From the IMG/VR virus record IMGVR_UViG_3300024343_000039: a stretch of DNA of 38,361 nucleotides; one strand, given 5' to 3'. The translations under genes and the position numbers were made by a program. Each line of letters begins with the position of its first letter. Positions within the stretch are counted from its first letter, which is position 1. The stretch comes from a virus. Below, piece after piece: positions 1 to 9,047 of the stretch. The notes beneath the pieces are model-generated. The model was not told where the DNA came from. It made no database searches and saw nothing but the letters and a program-made list of their open reading frames with translations.

Positions 1-127
1 CATGCCATAAAACTCCTTGTCTATAGCCAGCCTGCTTCGCGACCTCATCCACCATCATCTGCTGTGCCTCCACATCACCAGACTCGACAGCTTTCATGTA
101 GTCGGAGTCTAGTTTCTCTGGCATGAA
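1..127. repeat. Terminal direct repeat, left copy (exact duplicate of 38235..38361)
   Basis: The string catgccataaaactcc...ctctggcatgaa is read identically at both ends of the window. The repeat falls in the middle of a coding frame. Confidence 0.95.
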
Positions 128-3100
128 CCTCTTCTGAGCCTCATACATTCCAGCGTGAGTGGTTTCCAATCCTTTTGCCTTGTCCCACAACCAGTGGTGC
201 GTGACATGCGCCCACACATCCCGTGGCACTTTCTGCCCACCTTCTGCAACACCTTGCAATAGACTAATGCTATTGTCGATTCGATTGAACATCTCCTCTC
301 GGACACGCTTGTCGCTAAATGTATCTTTTACCTTTCTCGCTAGATCTGCTTCCTTTGTCTTTAATGTTCCAACATCCGCTTTGCCAGTGAGCCAGAAATT
401 GATTTCAACTGCATCAATTGTCGGGGTGTTTCCAAGACCAAGAAGATGACTAATAAATCCCTTTTTCCCGGTGCTTACTCCATTCAGCAACTGTACAGCA
501 TCCAGCACCTGTTTGCTTTTCCCTTTGCTTTGGTTTAATTGATCAACTACCACGGGAATTTTTGACAGGTTTTTGTCTGAAAACACATTGAATGTTTTAA
601 ACCTATCATCGCCATATGCTTTTCTTACTTGTACCAGACCATCCCAGTCGGAAGCTGATGTAGTTCCAGCTTCTGCATTATCAAGTGCTACTTTACCCTC
701 TGGTGTTCCCAACCAATAAGCCGCAGCCTCCTCTGGTCTAATAGTCTTTTGTCCTGACTTGCCAGTATCAGTGAACAGGTCAGGAGGATTGAAATCAATT
801 CCTACCTTTGCTAGTTTGTCTCGCAATAGATCAACGCTAACAGCACCAGTTCCCTGTGATGCAACGGTCATTGCATACGCCTTCCACACATCTCTTGGGG
901 TCAATGATCCAGAGACCAATTTCTCTCGTTGTTTAGCAATGAAGTCTGCTACTGGAGTTAAATATTCTGGAAATGGGCCTAGTATTTTTGCCGCCATTTT
1001 CCTCGGAATAAAGTTCGTAGAATCCAATTCTTGCAATACCTCTGTTGGTGTTGCTTTTGAACCCTCAGGCATGAACCTCATCTGCGATGATACAGTGACT
1101 TGCTCTGGCTCCATCCACCCGATAGCATCCGCAGGATACGACTCCAGCATCGCCTTGGATGTGATGGGAATCAGCTTCTCATCCATCTCGTTGATCGCAA
1201 ACATCTGCTTGCCGTCTGCCCATCGTCCTTGAGCCTCCTGGGCGTTGGCTACGGGGTTGAGGTCTTCTGGGGAGATGCCCTCTGGCATGAAGCGGGTGGG
1301 GGTCTGCTCACCCTCTGGCATCGCTCGCTGGGCTTCTGGCATGCGGACTTGGCTTACTGCCTCGTAGCTGAACGGCATTGCTGCGTATTCGTCTGGTGAC
1401 ATTGGAATAGCCTTGCTGACGCGATCTGCACGGTAGGTGCGGTAGACATTGTCAGAGCTTTTCACACCATCCTCCAGAAGCATTGGGTTGAGGACAGCTT
1501 GCTCCTTCCTGTTGAGTAGACCAAACATCGTATTGATGAACTTCTTGCGCTCAGTTCCCTCGACCACACCATACTTTTGATTGAAATGCAGAATGCTGTC
1601 CTCTGTAGGACGGTTAAGATGGAAGTCCATCATCGCCTGTACATCTTGCAAAATAGCGTCAATATTTCCGCTGTACAGCTTCTTGCCACGCTTGCTCTGT
1701 GCGCGTTTCTTGATGTTCTCCTGAAGCTTGGTCACGGACATGAGTCCGTACAGGATGTTGCCGTCCTTGGAGATCGTCATCGCTACTGGCACAGCGTCAC
1801 GAATAGCTGCCTTCTGCGGAGCGTAGACCACCTTGCCAGACTTTAGGCGGGTGGTTGCAGGGAAGTTAATCATCACCATGCGCTGACCATCGCCCTGCTT
1901 GATAAGCTTGTTGGTCTGGCGAATCATCCGCTTCTGCTCGTTGTTGAACTTGTGCTTGGCTAACATCTCCGTCAGCACAGCATCTGACAACCAACCGGGT
2001 TGCAGCTCGCCCTCGTCGTCCACATACGCCTCACCCTTCTCTGGGACATAGTTGGACTCTCGACGCTTACGCATTGCCTCCACAGCGGTCAGACCAGCCA
2101 TTGCCCGGTCGATGTCCACCGATTTGTCAATGAAGACTGGTCGCCCGTCCTTGAGGATTGGCTTGTCGTTCTCATCCACTTGGATGAACGGGTGCATCAA
2201 CTCCATGTCGATTGCGTTAGCGGGATCGAACATGAGCGGTGCGCCAGAACCTTCCTTGTCGCTGATAAGCGGTTCAAACTGCCCCGGCATCACGCCAGAA
2301 CTGCGCCTGTTCATCTCACGGAACATCTTGTTGGCAATTGGGTTCTGCCTGATACCCTCCGCTCCCAAGATTCCATTGCCAGTAACCCACGCACCATCCT
2401 TGTCGATCATGCCACCGCTCTTGATGTGGAGGTCACGCAGGACGGGAATCTTAGGCAGTACAGTCTCCAGCACCGATCCAAGCTTTTTGCGAACTTCACC
2501 ACGGGCGGCAAGCGCACCAAGCTCACCAGTCTCTGCCATTGTCGCGTACTGGTCTGCGTGCTGGTCGATGAAGTATTCGACAGCAATCTTGTCGAGTGGG
2601 TACTCAACTCCAATTTCAGCATCGGTCATACCAGAGTCGCGGAGCCGCTTGTAGTAACCCTCCTTAAACTGGTTGAATTCTGGGTCAAGGTTTCCATCCT
2701 TTGACCTAAATAAACCGCCAACCGAGTTAGTCTTGGTATCACCCAAGAAAAGGGCTGCGATACCACCCTCCATGTTGTTCTTGATTAGCGTGTGGTGAAG
2801 CGTTTCGTGTGCCACCAATGCCTTTAGAGGGTTGTTGGAGTTGATGTTGATATTGGCGGTATTTGTGTTGATGTCGTAACCGCTGGTTCCAGAGTCAATA
2901 AAATTGTAGTTTAGAGTCGGGTTGGCAATGGAGTAAGTTGCCATCGACCTGCGAACCCCCGGAGGCAATGCCTCGTACAATGCCTTCTGTTTGGTGTCAG
3001 TTAGGTTGCGCCTGAAGTTAATCTCATCACCGATAGCAAGCTCGCGCATGCGCTTCTTGGTTCCCATGAACGCTCCACCACCTGCTGCAAATGATCCACC

Positions 3101-5167
3101 AATAACCAGTGATTCAGCCGCCGCACGGGTCATGGTTTCAGGGCGCATGTCAGCACCATCCGAAAGCCACTCAAACATGAGGTCTACGGGATACGCTGCG
3201 GCTATACCACGACCAGTTCTGCGGATGATGTCAGATGTCGCACCACCAAGCTCAAAGATATTAAATGTGTGGGCAATACCACGACCAAGAGATCCCGGTG
3301 CTGTATGTCTGTTAACACGCTTCCAGAATGGCATCTGTCCACGCGCATTTTCCATCTCCTTGCCAACATAGCGTAAAATCTTGCCGTACTCGGAGAGAAA
3401 CTTGCCAGTCTTGAGTGCAGCACCAGTGATGCCAATAGCACCAACCACTGGATTGCCTGCAAGTCCCACAATACCAGAGGCTCCAAGTGCTGCGTTGTAA
3501 GCCTGATCAAGACCACGATCCTTTAGATAATTAGTCACAGCATCATCAACCTTGGTGAGGGTATCACCAGTGCGTTCTAGAATGGAGCTAAAAGCCCTTG
3601 CTGGGGCGGATTGAATCCTGCGCCCAAGTTCTGTGGTCTGCATGACCTTCTGGGCATATCCCTCTGGGATGCGAGTAGCCAAGCTGTTGCGCTTTGCGGT
3701 CAACTCCTCCAGCGTACTCATTGCGGTTGGCATGGCGGCACGAACCTCGTCGGCACTAGCCGTGATTTTCCTTGCCTTATCCAGCACCTCGTTGGCTTGC
3801 ACCATAAGCTCTGGGTTTGCAGCAGACCTCGCCGAAATGTTCTGGAAGAGTTGCTGGTATCGTGGAACAAACAATGCCTCCTTCTTTAGAACTGCATTTC
3901 CAGCCTGCACAACAGCTTGAACATCTGCCAATGCAGATTCTGTTTTTGCCACACTCCCAAGTATTTTTTGTGCTCCAAGCTCCAAGCGTGATGCCAATGG
4001 AACAGACCCTGCTACCTTGAATGCAACACTTGCTGGGATAAGATTGATTGGATCAAATGCAAGTTCAGAAAAGGCTCCTACACCAGCATATCTCTTGTTA
4101 AATGCCTCTTCTCCAAGTGTGTTCTTAGCCTCTTGTGCCATGTTAACCGCGCCATCAAGACCAAGCACTGTCTCAGCAATCTGACCAACCTCAAAACTTT
4201 GAATGTCTCGATTCTGTTTCCATTGCCTTTGACGAGCGGCATACAAATCTCGTTCAGCCTCTGCGTCTTGTTGTTTCAGTGCCTCAACACCTTGGGTGTA
4301 CATTGGGACACCACCCGGCCCAACCATAGCAACATCTCCCTGTTGAAGTGTATCTGCAAGCGCAGCATATCCGACATCAGCTAGTCTTCCAATGTTAGCG
4401 AAATTCGTTGTGATTTTCTCAATGGCAGCAAGTTGATTTGCTTGAACTTCAGCTTGTAGCTTTTTACCTTCAGGTGTTCCAGTAAGCACATCAATTGCAC
4501 CCTTGACGCTCATGGCTTTTCCAGCTGTCTTGAAGTAGTCTCTAAATCCTCCAATTGCATCTGCCATAAAACCACCAGCAGCCTCAAGTTGCTCATCCCA
4601 AGTGGCACTTGGACGAATTACACCATCCTTCCACAAGACCTCAAACGCATCAAGGTTGGTTTCGTTCTCAAGGTCACGCTCGGACATTGAATACGCCTGA
4701 CCCTTTTTGGTCATCGTCCCGTCTTCGTTAAAAAGCCCGGACTCCTTTAGGTTGAAGAAAAGCTCTCCGCGAGGTGTGGCGTTGCCCTCGGCATCCACAA
4801 ACCCAATTGCCTTAAACTTGTTTCTGTCCAGAGGTTGAGAGAACAACTCGTTAGCGTTGCGATAGATCGTTCCGTCCTGCATCCGAAGTGCATCAACCTC
4901 AACGCGCCTAGCCTCGGCTTGAGGGTCAATAGATACCATGTCGGCAGGCTCCTGTTGCCTTAACTGTTCATATGCCCCTACAATGTCTGGAGCTTGTGCC
5001 TCCTCACCAACGGCAATTGGTTGGTTATACTCTTCCTGAAGAGTGTCGCTTACCTCAAGCTCGGTCTGACCAAGTGTTCTTGTAACATCAGAAAATAAAA
5101 GATCAATTCCGCTTTTTGCGTTTTTGTAAAATTCTGGCTTGTCTTCTTCTCGTACATTGATGGACAT
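1..5167 (-). CDS. Giant polyvalent virion/ejection protein, 5' part (codons 1-1722 of about 2401; open at the window edge, continues at 38234)
   Basis: Hand translation of the minus strand from ATG 5167 (MSINVREEDKPEFYKNAKSG...) has no stop down to base 1. It is missing from the ORF track only because it has no stop inside the window. All plus-strand ORFs here look like antisense shadows. Confidence 0.85.
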   Translation of the reverse strand, partial: MSINVREEDKPEFYKNAKSGIDLLFSDVTRTLGQTELEVSDTLQEEYNQPIAVGEEAQAPDIVGAYEQLRQQEPADMVSIDPQAEARRVEVDALRMQDGTIYRNANELFSQPLDRNKFKAIGFVDAEGNATPRGELFFNLKESGLFNEDGTMTKKGQAYSMSERDLENETNLDAFEVLWKDGVIRPSATWDEQLEAAGGFMADAIGGFRDYFKTAGKAMSVKGAIDVLTGTPEGKKLQAEVQANQLAAIEKITTNFANIGRLADVGYAALADTLQQGDVAMVGPGGVPMYTQGVEALKQQDAEAERDLYAARQRQWKQNRDIQSFEVGQIAETVLGLDGAVNMAQEAKNTLGEEAFNKRYAGVGAFSELAFDPINLIPASVAFKVAGSVPLASRLELGAQKILGSVAKTESALADVQAVVQAGNAVLKKEALFVPRYQQLFQNISARSAANPELMVQANEVLDKARKITASADEVRAAMPTAMSTLEELTAKRNSLATRIPEGYAQKVMQTTELGRRIQSAPARAFSSILERTGDTLTKVDDAVTNYLKDRGLDQAYNAALGASGIVGLAGNPVVGAIGITGAALKTGKFLSEYGKILRYVGKEMENARGQMPFWKRVNRHTAPGSLGRGIAHTFNIFELGGATSDIIRRTGRGIAAAYPVDLMFEWLSDGADMRPETMTRAAAESLVIGGSFAAGGGAFMGTKKRMRELAIGDEINFRRNLTDTKQKALYEALPPGVRRSMATYSIANPTLNYNFIDSGTSGYDINTNTANININSNNPLKALVAHETLHHTLIKNNMEGGIAALFLGDTKTNSVGGLFRSKDGNLDPEFNQFKEGYYKRLRDSGMTDAEIGVEYPLDKIAVEYFIDQHADQYATMAETGELGALAARGEVRKKLGSVLETVLPKIPVLRDLHIKSGGMIDKDGAWVTGNGILGAEGIRQNPIANKMFREMNRRSSGVMPGQFEPLISDKEGSGAPLMFDPANAIDMELMHPFIQVDENDKPILKDGRPVFIDKSVDIDRAMAGLTAVEAMRKRRESNYVPEKGEAYVDDEGELQPGWLSDAVLTEMLAKHKFNNEQKRMIRQTNKLIKQGDGQRMVMINFPATTRLKSGKVVYAPQKAAIRDAVPVAMTISKDGNILYGLMSVTKLQENIKKRAQSKRGKKLYSGNIDAILQDVQAMMDFHLNRPTEDSILHFNQKYGVVEGTERKKFINTMFGLLNRKEQAVLNPMLLEDGVKSSDNVYRTYRADRVSKAIPMSPDEYAAMPFSYEAVSQVRMPEAQRAMPEGEQTPTRFMPEGISPEDLNPVANAQEAQGRWADGKQMFAINEMDEKLIPITSKAMLESYPADAIGWMEPEQVTVSSQMRFMPEGSKATPTEVLQELDSTNFIPRKMAAKILGPFPEYLTPVADFIAKQREKLVSGSLTPRDVWKAYAMTVASQGTGAVSVDLLRDKLAKVGIDFNPPDLFTDTGKSGQKTIRPEEAAAYWLGTPEGKVALDNAEAGTTSASDWDGLVQVRKAYGDDRFKTFNVFSDKNLSKIPVVVDQLNQSKGKSKQVLDAVQLLNGVSTGKKGFISHLLGLGNTPTIDAVEINFWLTGKADVGTLKTKEADLARKVKDTFSDKRVREEMFNRIDNSISLLQGVAEGGQKVPRDVWAHVTHHWLWDKAKGLETTHAGMYEAQKRFMPEKLDSDYMKAVESGDVEAQQMMVDEVAKQAGYRQGVLWH
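2795..2809 (-). other. HExxH zinc-metallopeptidase motif (ALVAHETLHHTLI) inside the giant ORF
   Basis: The minus-strand codons CAC GAA ACG CTT CAC lie in the giant ORF frame. Only the short motif is seen. Confidence 0.4.
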
Positions 5168-5185
5168 TTTAAGAAATGTTATTGA

Positions 5186-6103
5186 TTATCTGCTGCGGTA
5201 ATAACTATTGATTTGATCTATTTGCTTATCTGGTTTTTTGTCTTCTTCTTTAGTTTTACCAGCATCAAAATCAATACTAAAATCAGCACCAGTGCTTTGC
5301 TTGTAAACATTTACCTTTTCCTTGATGTCTTCTTGGAAATTTTTAACAGCGGCCTTGGCCTTGTCTTCACTAGCAAAGAATCCAGTTGGAACCATGTACT
5401 TCTGCACCATTTCCACTTCTGACTCACGAACAACAGATGCCGGGTCAACAACCTTTGCGTATGATATGGCTAATTGATATGGAAGCTGACCCAACTTCGC
5501 CGCACTCTCCGGGTTTCCTAGTCTCGCGGATTCCCAAGTTCCATCCTTCTCAATAACATCTGAAAGTTGGTTTGCATACCGAATTGCAGAAGCCGCATTC
5601 TGCTCAAATGTCAAATCGGCGGCAGATTTTTTGTACTCTTCTTTGTCCGCTTGTGGTTGTGCCGCAAGAATGTTGTCTGCAACTTTTCGCGCCTCGTCCA
5701 CTTGACCAGTTCCAAGTAGATTTGAAATTGATTGGGTTACTTTCGGGTCAATGTTTATTCCTCTGTCTTGAGCCTGTTTGAATTTGGCTCCAAACTCGTT
5801 TGCTGTGGCTTGAATGAGTGCCGCTTTCTTTTGATCTTCCTGCTGCCTGTTCCTAAAAGATGCAACTTGGTTTTGCATCTCAATTGACTTGCCAAATAAT
5901 GATTTGAAATTACGCTCGGCTTCTGCTCTTACTTTTTTGTCGTTTGTGTTTTGAACGACATTAATTAATTGCTTGGCAGACATTTCCAATGCCATTGCCT
6001 CATTTTCCATTCCAGCTTCTTTTGCAAGCTGTATGGCTTTATCCATCTTCAGCCCATCAACATAAGCTGGAGAGTCCTTTCTGAGCAATTCTGATATTGG
6101 CAT
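5186..6103 (-). CDS. Hypothetical virion protein (possible internal/ejection protein), 305 aa
   Basis: ATG-initiated ORF, helical and charged, located between Gly/Gln-rich virion proteins and the giant ORF. No recognisable motif. Confidence 0.6.
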   Translation of the reverse strand: MPISELLRKDSPAYVDGLKMDKAIQLAKEAGMENEAMALEMSAKQLINVVQNTNDKKVRAEAERNFKSLFGKSIEMQNQVASFRNRQQEDQKKAALIQATANEFGAKFKQAQDRGINIDPKVTQSISNLLGTGQVDEARKVADNILAAQPQADKEEYKKSAADLTFEQNAASAIRYANQLSDVIEKDGTWESARLGNPESAAKLGQLPYQLAISYAKVVDPASVVRESEVEMVQKYMVPTGFFASEDKAKAAVKNFQEDIKEKVNVYKQSTGADFSIDFDAGKTKEEDKKPDKQIDQINSYYRSR

Positions 6104-6125
6104 ATTTTATGGTTATTAAATTAAA

Positions 6126-6563
6126 TCAAAAGTAGCCTCCAATTTGACTCCCATTACCACCGCCGCCGCCACCTTGAGATGCCGCGAACTTCTGTTGGCG
6201 AAGATTCATCATCTGCTGGCTCATAAGTCCGCTCATGCTGTTCTTGATAAGATCGGGGACAACTGATGCCTCCGCGAATCTATCGCTTAACGAGATGTCT
6301 TCATTTTTTAGATTATTACCGACATCTCCAAGAATTGGGGAAAGTTCTGGCATGAGTTTAAGAGCAGCCTCAATTTGAGTAGATGCTATCTTAACCTGCT
6401 TCTTCTTCTCCCCCTGCTCCTTGAAGTAGTCGCCTACTTGGTATACCATTCCAGCCATCCCCTGCGCTCCAGTCATGGCTAGTTCCCTAGCAGCAGCTAC
6501 GGAAGGCCCATAGTCTGGAGCTTGGTATGGTGTAGTTTGTACTTGTCCTGCGAATAGTGCCAT
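6126..6563 (-). CDS. Hypothetical virion protein with a poly-Gly C-terminus, 145 aa
   Basis: ATG start, tight packing with neighbours, ends in the GGGGGGNGSQIGGYF tail. Confidence 0.6.
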   Translation of the reverse strand: MALFAGQVQTTPYQAPDYGPSVAAARELAMTGAQGMAGMVYQVGDYFKEQGEKKKQVKIASTQIEAALKLMPELSPILGDVGNNLKNEDISLSDRFAEASVVPDLIKNSMSGLMSQQMMNLRQQKFAASQGGGGGGNGSQIGGYF

Positions 6564-6567
6564 AATT

Positions 6568-7605
6568 TTAGATGTAGCTATAATTTACATTTCCCCAAGG
6601 GCTTTGTGCGGTTTGCATTCCAGCTCCTCCGCCAGCACCGCCAAAGTTAAATCCACCACCACCCATATTCATTCCAGCACCCATCATGGAGCTTCCAATG
6701 CTACTCCACATTTGTGCCTTTGCTTGTTGGTTGGCGAGGTTGGTCTGGTAGTTCGCTTGGTTTTGTTGGTTCTGCGCTCCAGCAAATTGCTGGGCGAAGT
6801 TAAGCGGCATGTTGTAGTCAAAGTCTCCAGATGACGCAGGGCCAAGTGTGAGTGCCGTCCTGAGATCCTGCTGACCAGCACCATATGACAATGGAGCGTT
6901 ACGCAACGCTTGAAGGCCGGGGTTGGTGTAAAACTCGCCAGCAAGGGCATATGATTGCTTTTCCGCCTGTGCTGCCTCTGCACGCTTCCGTGCCATGATG
7001 TCTTCTCGACCCATTATCTCTGCGGCCATTGCAGAGTTGCCACCAAGGCGACCAGACGCTTGTGCGGATTCTCTAGCGGTCTGCTGGTACATGCGTTGTT
7101 CCTCTGGAGTCACGCCTTGAGCAGATGCCCTTGCCCTAGCTGCCTCCTGCGCTGAACCCTGTACCGCAGCAGCTTGTTCTGGCGAAAGTGCGGCCATGAA
7201 ATCACGGGTCATTCCTGTTTGACCAGTCATTTGAGCCAATTCCTCTGCACGAAGTTGCGCTATAGTTTTTCCAGCTTCACTACCAGTTGTTCTCTGGAGT
7301 GCTTGGAAGCCCGGTTGTCCATTTACCCCGCCAAGGAACTGACCAGTCTGGTCAAACATTTGACCCATTATCTGCGGCCCATACTCAGCACTCGTCTGAA
7401 GTGCCAATGGAATAGCCATAGGATAATAGTTTTGGAAAAGACCAGTAGCTTGCCTTTCAGCAACACTTGGGCCACCTTTTTTACCTCTTTTAAATATATC
7501 AATTGGTGCAGGTGGGCCTCCACCCTTTCCTGCTTGAGATGCACCATATACTGATGCGGCGGCTCCAGCAACTGCTGCCCCACCTCCAATTATCGCCATG
7601 CTCAT
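6568..7605 (-). CDS. Gly/Ala/Gln-rich internal virion protein, 345 aa
   Basis: N-terminal hydrophobic IIGGGAAVAGAAASVYG, low-complexity Q/N/G C-terminus, ATGA overlap with the upstream gene. Confidence 0.6.
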   Translation of the reverse strand: MSMAIIGGGAAVAGAAASVYGASQAGKGGGPPAPIDIFKRGKKGGPSVAERQATGLFQNYYPMAIPLALQTSAEYGPQIMGQMFDQTGQFLGGVNGQPGFQALQRTTGSEAGKTIAQLRAEELAQMTGQTGMTRDFMAALSPEQAAAVQGSAQEAARARASAQGVTPEEQRMYQQTARESAQASGRLGGNSAMAAEIMGREDIMARKRAEAAQAEKQSYALAGEFYTNPGLQALRNAPLSYGAGQQDLRTALTLGPASSGDFDYNMPLNFAQQFAGAQNQQNQANYQTNLANQQAKAQMWSSIGSSMMGAGMNMGGGGFNFGGAGGGAGMQTAQSPWGNVNYSYI

Positions 7606-8180
7606 GGTGTTTCCTCGCTTTCCAAATTTAATGCATGTTTTTCAATTTTAATCATATCGTCAATTGCGTTAATTGTTACAGAACTAGACACATTCTTACT
7701 CCATGCTGGAGCGATATCCTCATTATCCAACAATGGGTTGTGTAGCTTATCTGAAACTGTTTTTACGATCTCGTCTGGATCTGTTATGTTTTCTGGGTTT
7801 GGGTGGAATGTAGTCCATGTGGTATCCCGCTTTACGTGCAGAAACCTTTTGGTTCCGGGTGTGGTAATCCCCATGTAAGGAGCAATGTGTGTTATTGGCC
7901 CATCCGGGGTAATCACATCAACCTCGCCTGTGCTTATTACAAACGGATGCTTTGTGTTGTGAGTAACAGACATCACCAAAGAGCCTGCTGGCATGAATAT
8001 GGTTCTGACGTATAACCCCGGAGTGAAAACATGAGTTAAAGGCAAGTCAATCTTATCATCAGATTTGCACATTACATACTCAATCTTATCCACCTCGCTA
8101 CAGGTAGCGAGTACATCTGGGTCGATGTGTGAAAGGTCAAGGTTCATAAGAGTAATTTCTTTTGCTAGGTGATGGTTCAC
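7602..8180 (-). CDS. Hypothetical protein, possibly beta-barrel (cupin-like), 192 aa (GTG 8180; alternative ATG 8147)
   Basis: The ORF-track start is GTG, overlapping the upstream stop as GTGA. An in-frame ATG lies at 8147. The fold guess rests only on His/Gly-rich beta-strand patterning. Confidence 0.5.
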   Translation of the reverse strand: MNHHLAKEITLMNLDLSHIDPDVLATCSEVDKIEYVMCKSDDKIDLPLTHVFTPGLYVRTIFMPAGSLVMSVTHNTKHPFVISTGEVDVITPDGPITHIAPYMGITTPGTKRFLHVKRDTTWTTFHPNPENITDPDEIVKTVSDKLHNPLLDNEDIAPAWSKNVSSSVTINAIDDMIKIEKHALNLESEETP

Positions 8181-9043
8181 ACAATAAACATTACATTAAC
8201 TTCTTGGAAGTCTAATTCAGCAGCATCGCTTGATCTTACGCACTCCAAAGCAATTTGGGTGGTGGTTTTTGTTGTAGAGTTTGATGATTGACCAACAACT
8301 ACAGCTGCATATGAACTAATATTGTTTCTACCAGACCCAGAGTAAGCGTAATTTGTGTTAGGCATTGCAACTGTAAATGTAATAAGAAACTCTCCTATTG
8401 CTGTTTTTTGAACACTGGATATGTTTCCAGATCCGTAAATAAACCTATTTGTATTTGCCGTGGTGACAGTTCCAGATGTGTCACGGGTCATGTCAAAACT
8501 GACCCAAGCTCTACACCCATAAATTGGCGCGCTTCCAACTGGGTTTGGAATATTGGCACTAGCAAGGAAAACTCCATTTGGAGATGTTATAGAGATTCCA
8601 CCAGATCCAGTTTGCTCGATTGCCATTCCACCATTAGCTCCAGAATACCTAATAATTCTAGCATCGTAGTCTGTCAAGGGATGGACGGAATGAAAGTCAA
8701 TAAGAGAAGCAGTGCTTGTTGTTATTCCAGTTCCAACCTCAACTTGCGGCTGTGAAATGTTAATAGTTCCAGTTACACTATTCCAGCTTGGTCCACCAGC
8801 GAAAAACTTTGCTGGAGTTACTGCGCCATTTGCAATTGCGTCAGTTGTAACCGCGTTAGCTGCAAGTCTGCTTGGAGTAATGGCATTTTGGGAAATTGTT
8901 AATTGCCCAGACGCTACTTCAAGTCCACCACCAGCCAAGCACGCTTGAGATGTCATCACTGTCTCGTCGATGATGTTATTCATCTTCGTGCTAGTGATCG
9001 TATCAGTAGGCGTAAACGTGTAGGTTGTATTAACTGCACCCAT
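8177..9043 (-). CDS. Tail fibre / receptor-binding protein, 288 aa
   Basis: N-terminus TFTPTDTITSTKMNNIID and repeated AITPSRLAANAVTTDAIANGAVTPAKF are typical of phage fibre shafts. Ser/Thr/Gly/Asn-rich C-terminal domain; follows the large tail protein. Confidence 0.55.
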   Translation of the reverse strand: MGAVNTTYTFTPTDTITSTKMNNIIDETVMTSQACLAGGGLEVASGQLTISQNAITPSRLAANAVTTDAIANGAVTPAKFFAGGPSWNSVTGTINISQPQVEVGTGITTSTASLIDFHSVHPLTDYDARIIRYSGANGGMAIEQTGSGGISITSPNGVFLASANIPNPVGSAPIYGCRAWVSFDMTRDTSGTVTTANTNRFIYGSGNISSVQKTAIGEFLITFTVAMPNTNYAYSGSGRNNISSYAAVVVGQSSNSTTKTTTQIALECVRSSDAAELDFQEVNVMFIV

Positions 9044-9047
9044 AAAA

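Noticed and set aside
1-127. The 127-bp terminal repeat as a genuine physical direct terminal repeat of the virion DNA.
   Set aside because: It lies in the middle of a long coding frame and is an exact duplicate of the length typical of an assembler overlap. It is most simply an artefact of linearising a circular assembly, though this is not excluded without reads.
159-4384. Plus-strand ORFs in the track (for example 759-1232, 2000-2704, 2052-2654, 2991-3371, 3611-3920).
   Set aside because: They have low-complexity, Cys/His/Leu/Ser-rich, non-protein-like translations, overlap one another and lie antisense to the giant ORF. They are shadow ORFs.
128-5167. The apparent 5-kb gap with no credible listed ORF suggested stop-codon reassignment (alternative genetic code) or a large non-coding RNA locus.
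   Set aside because: The minus-strand frame starting at ATG 5167 is completely open in the standard code and translates to a sensible protein. It is unlisted only because it runs off the window edge.
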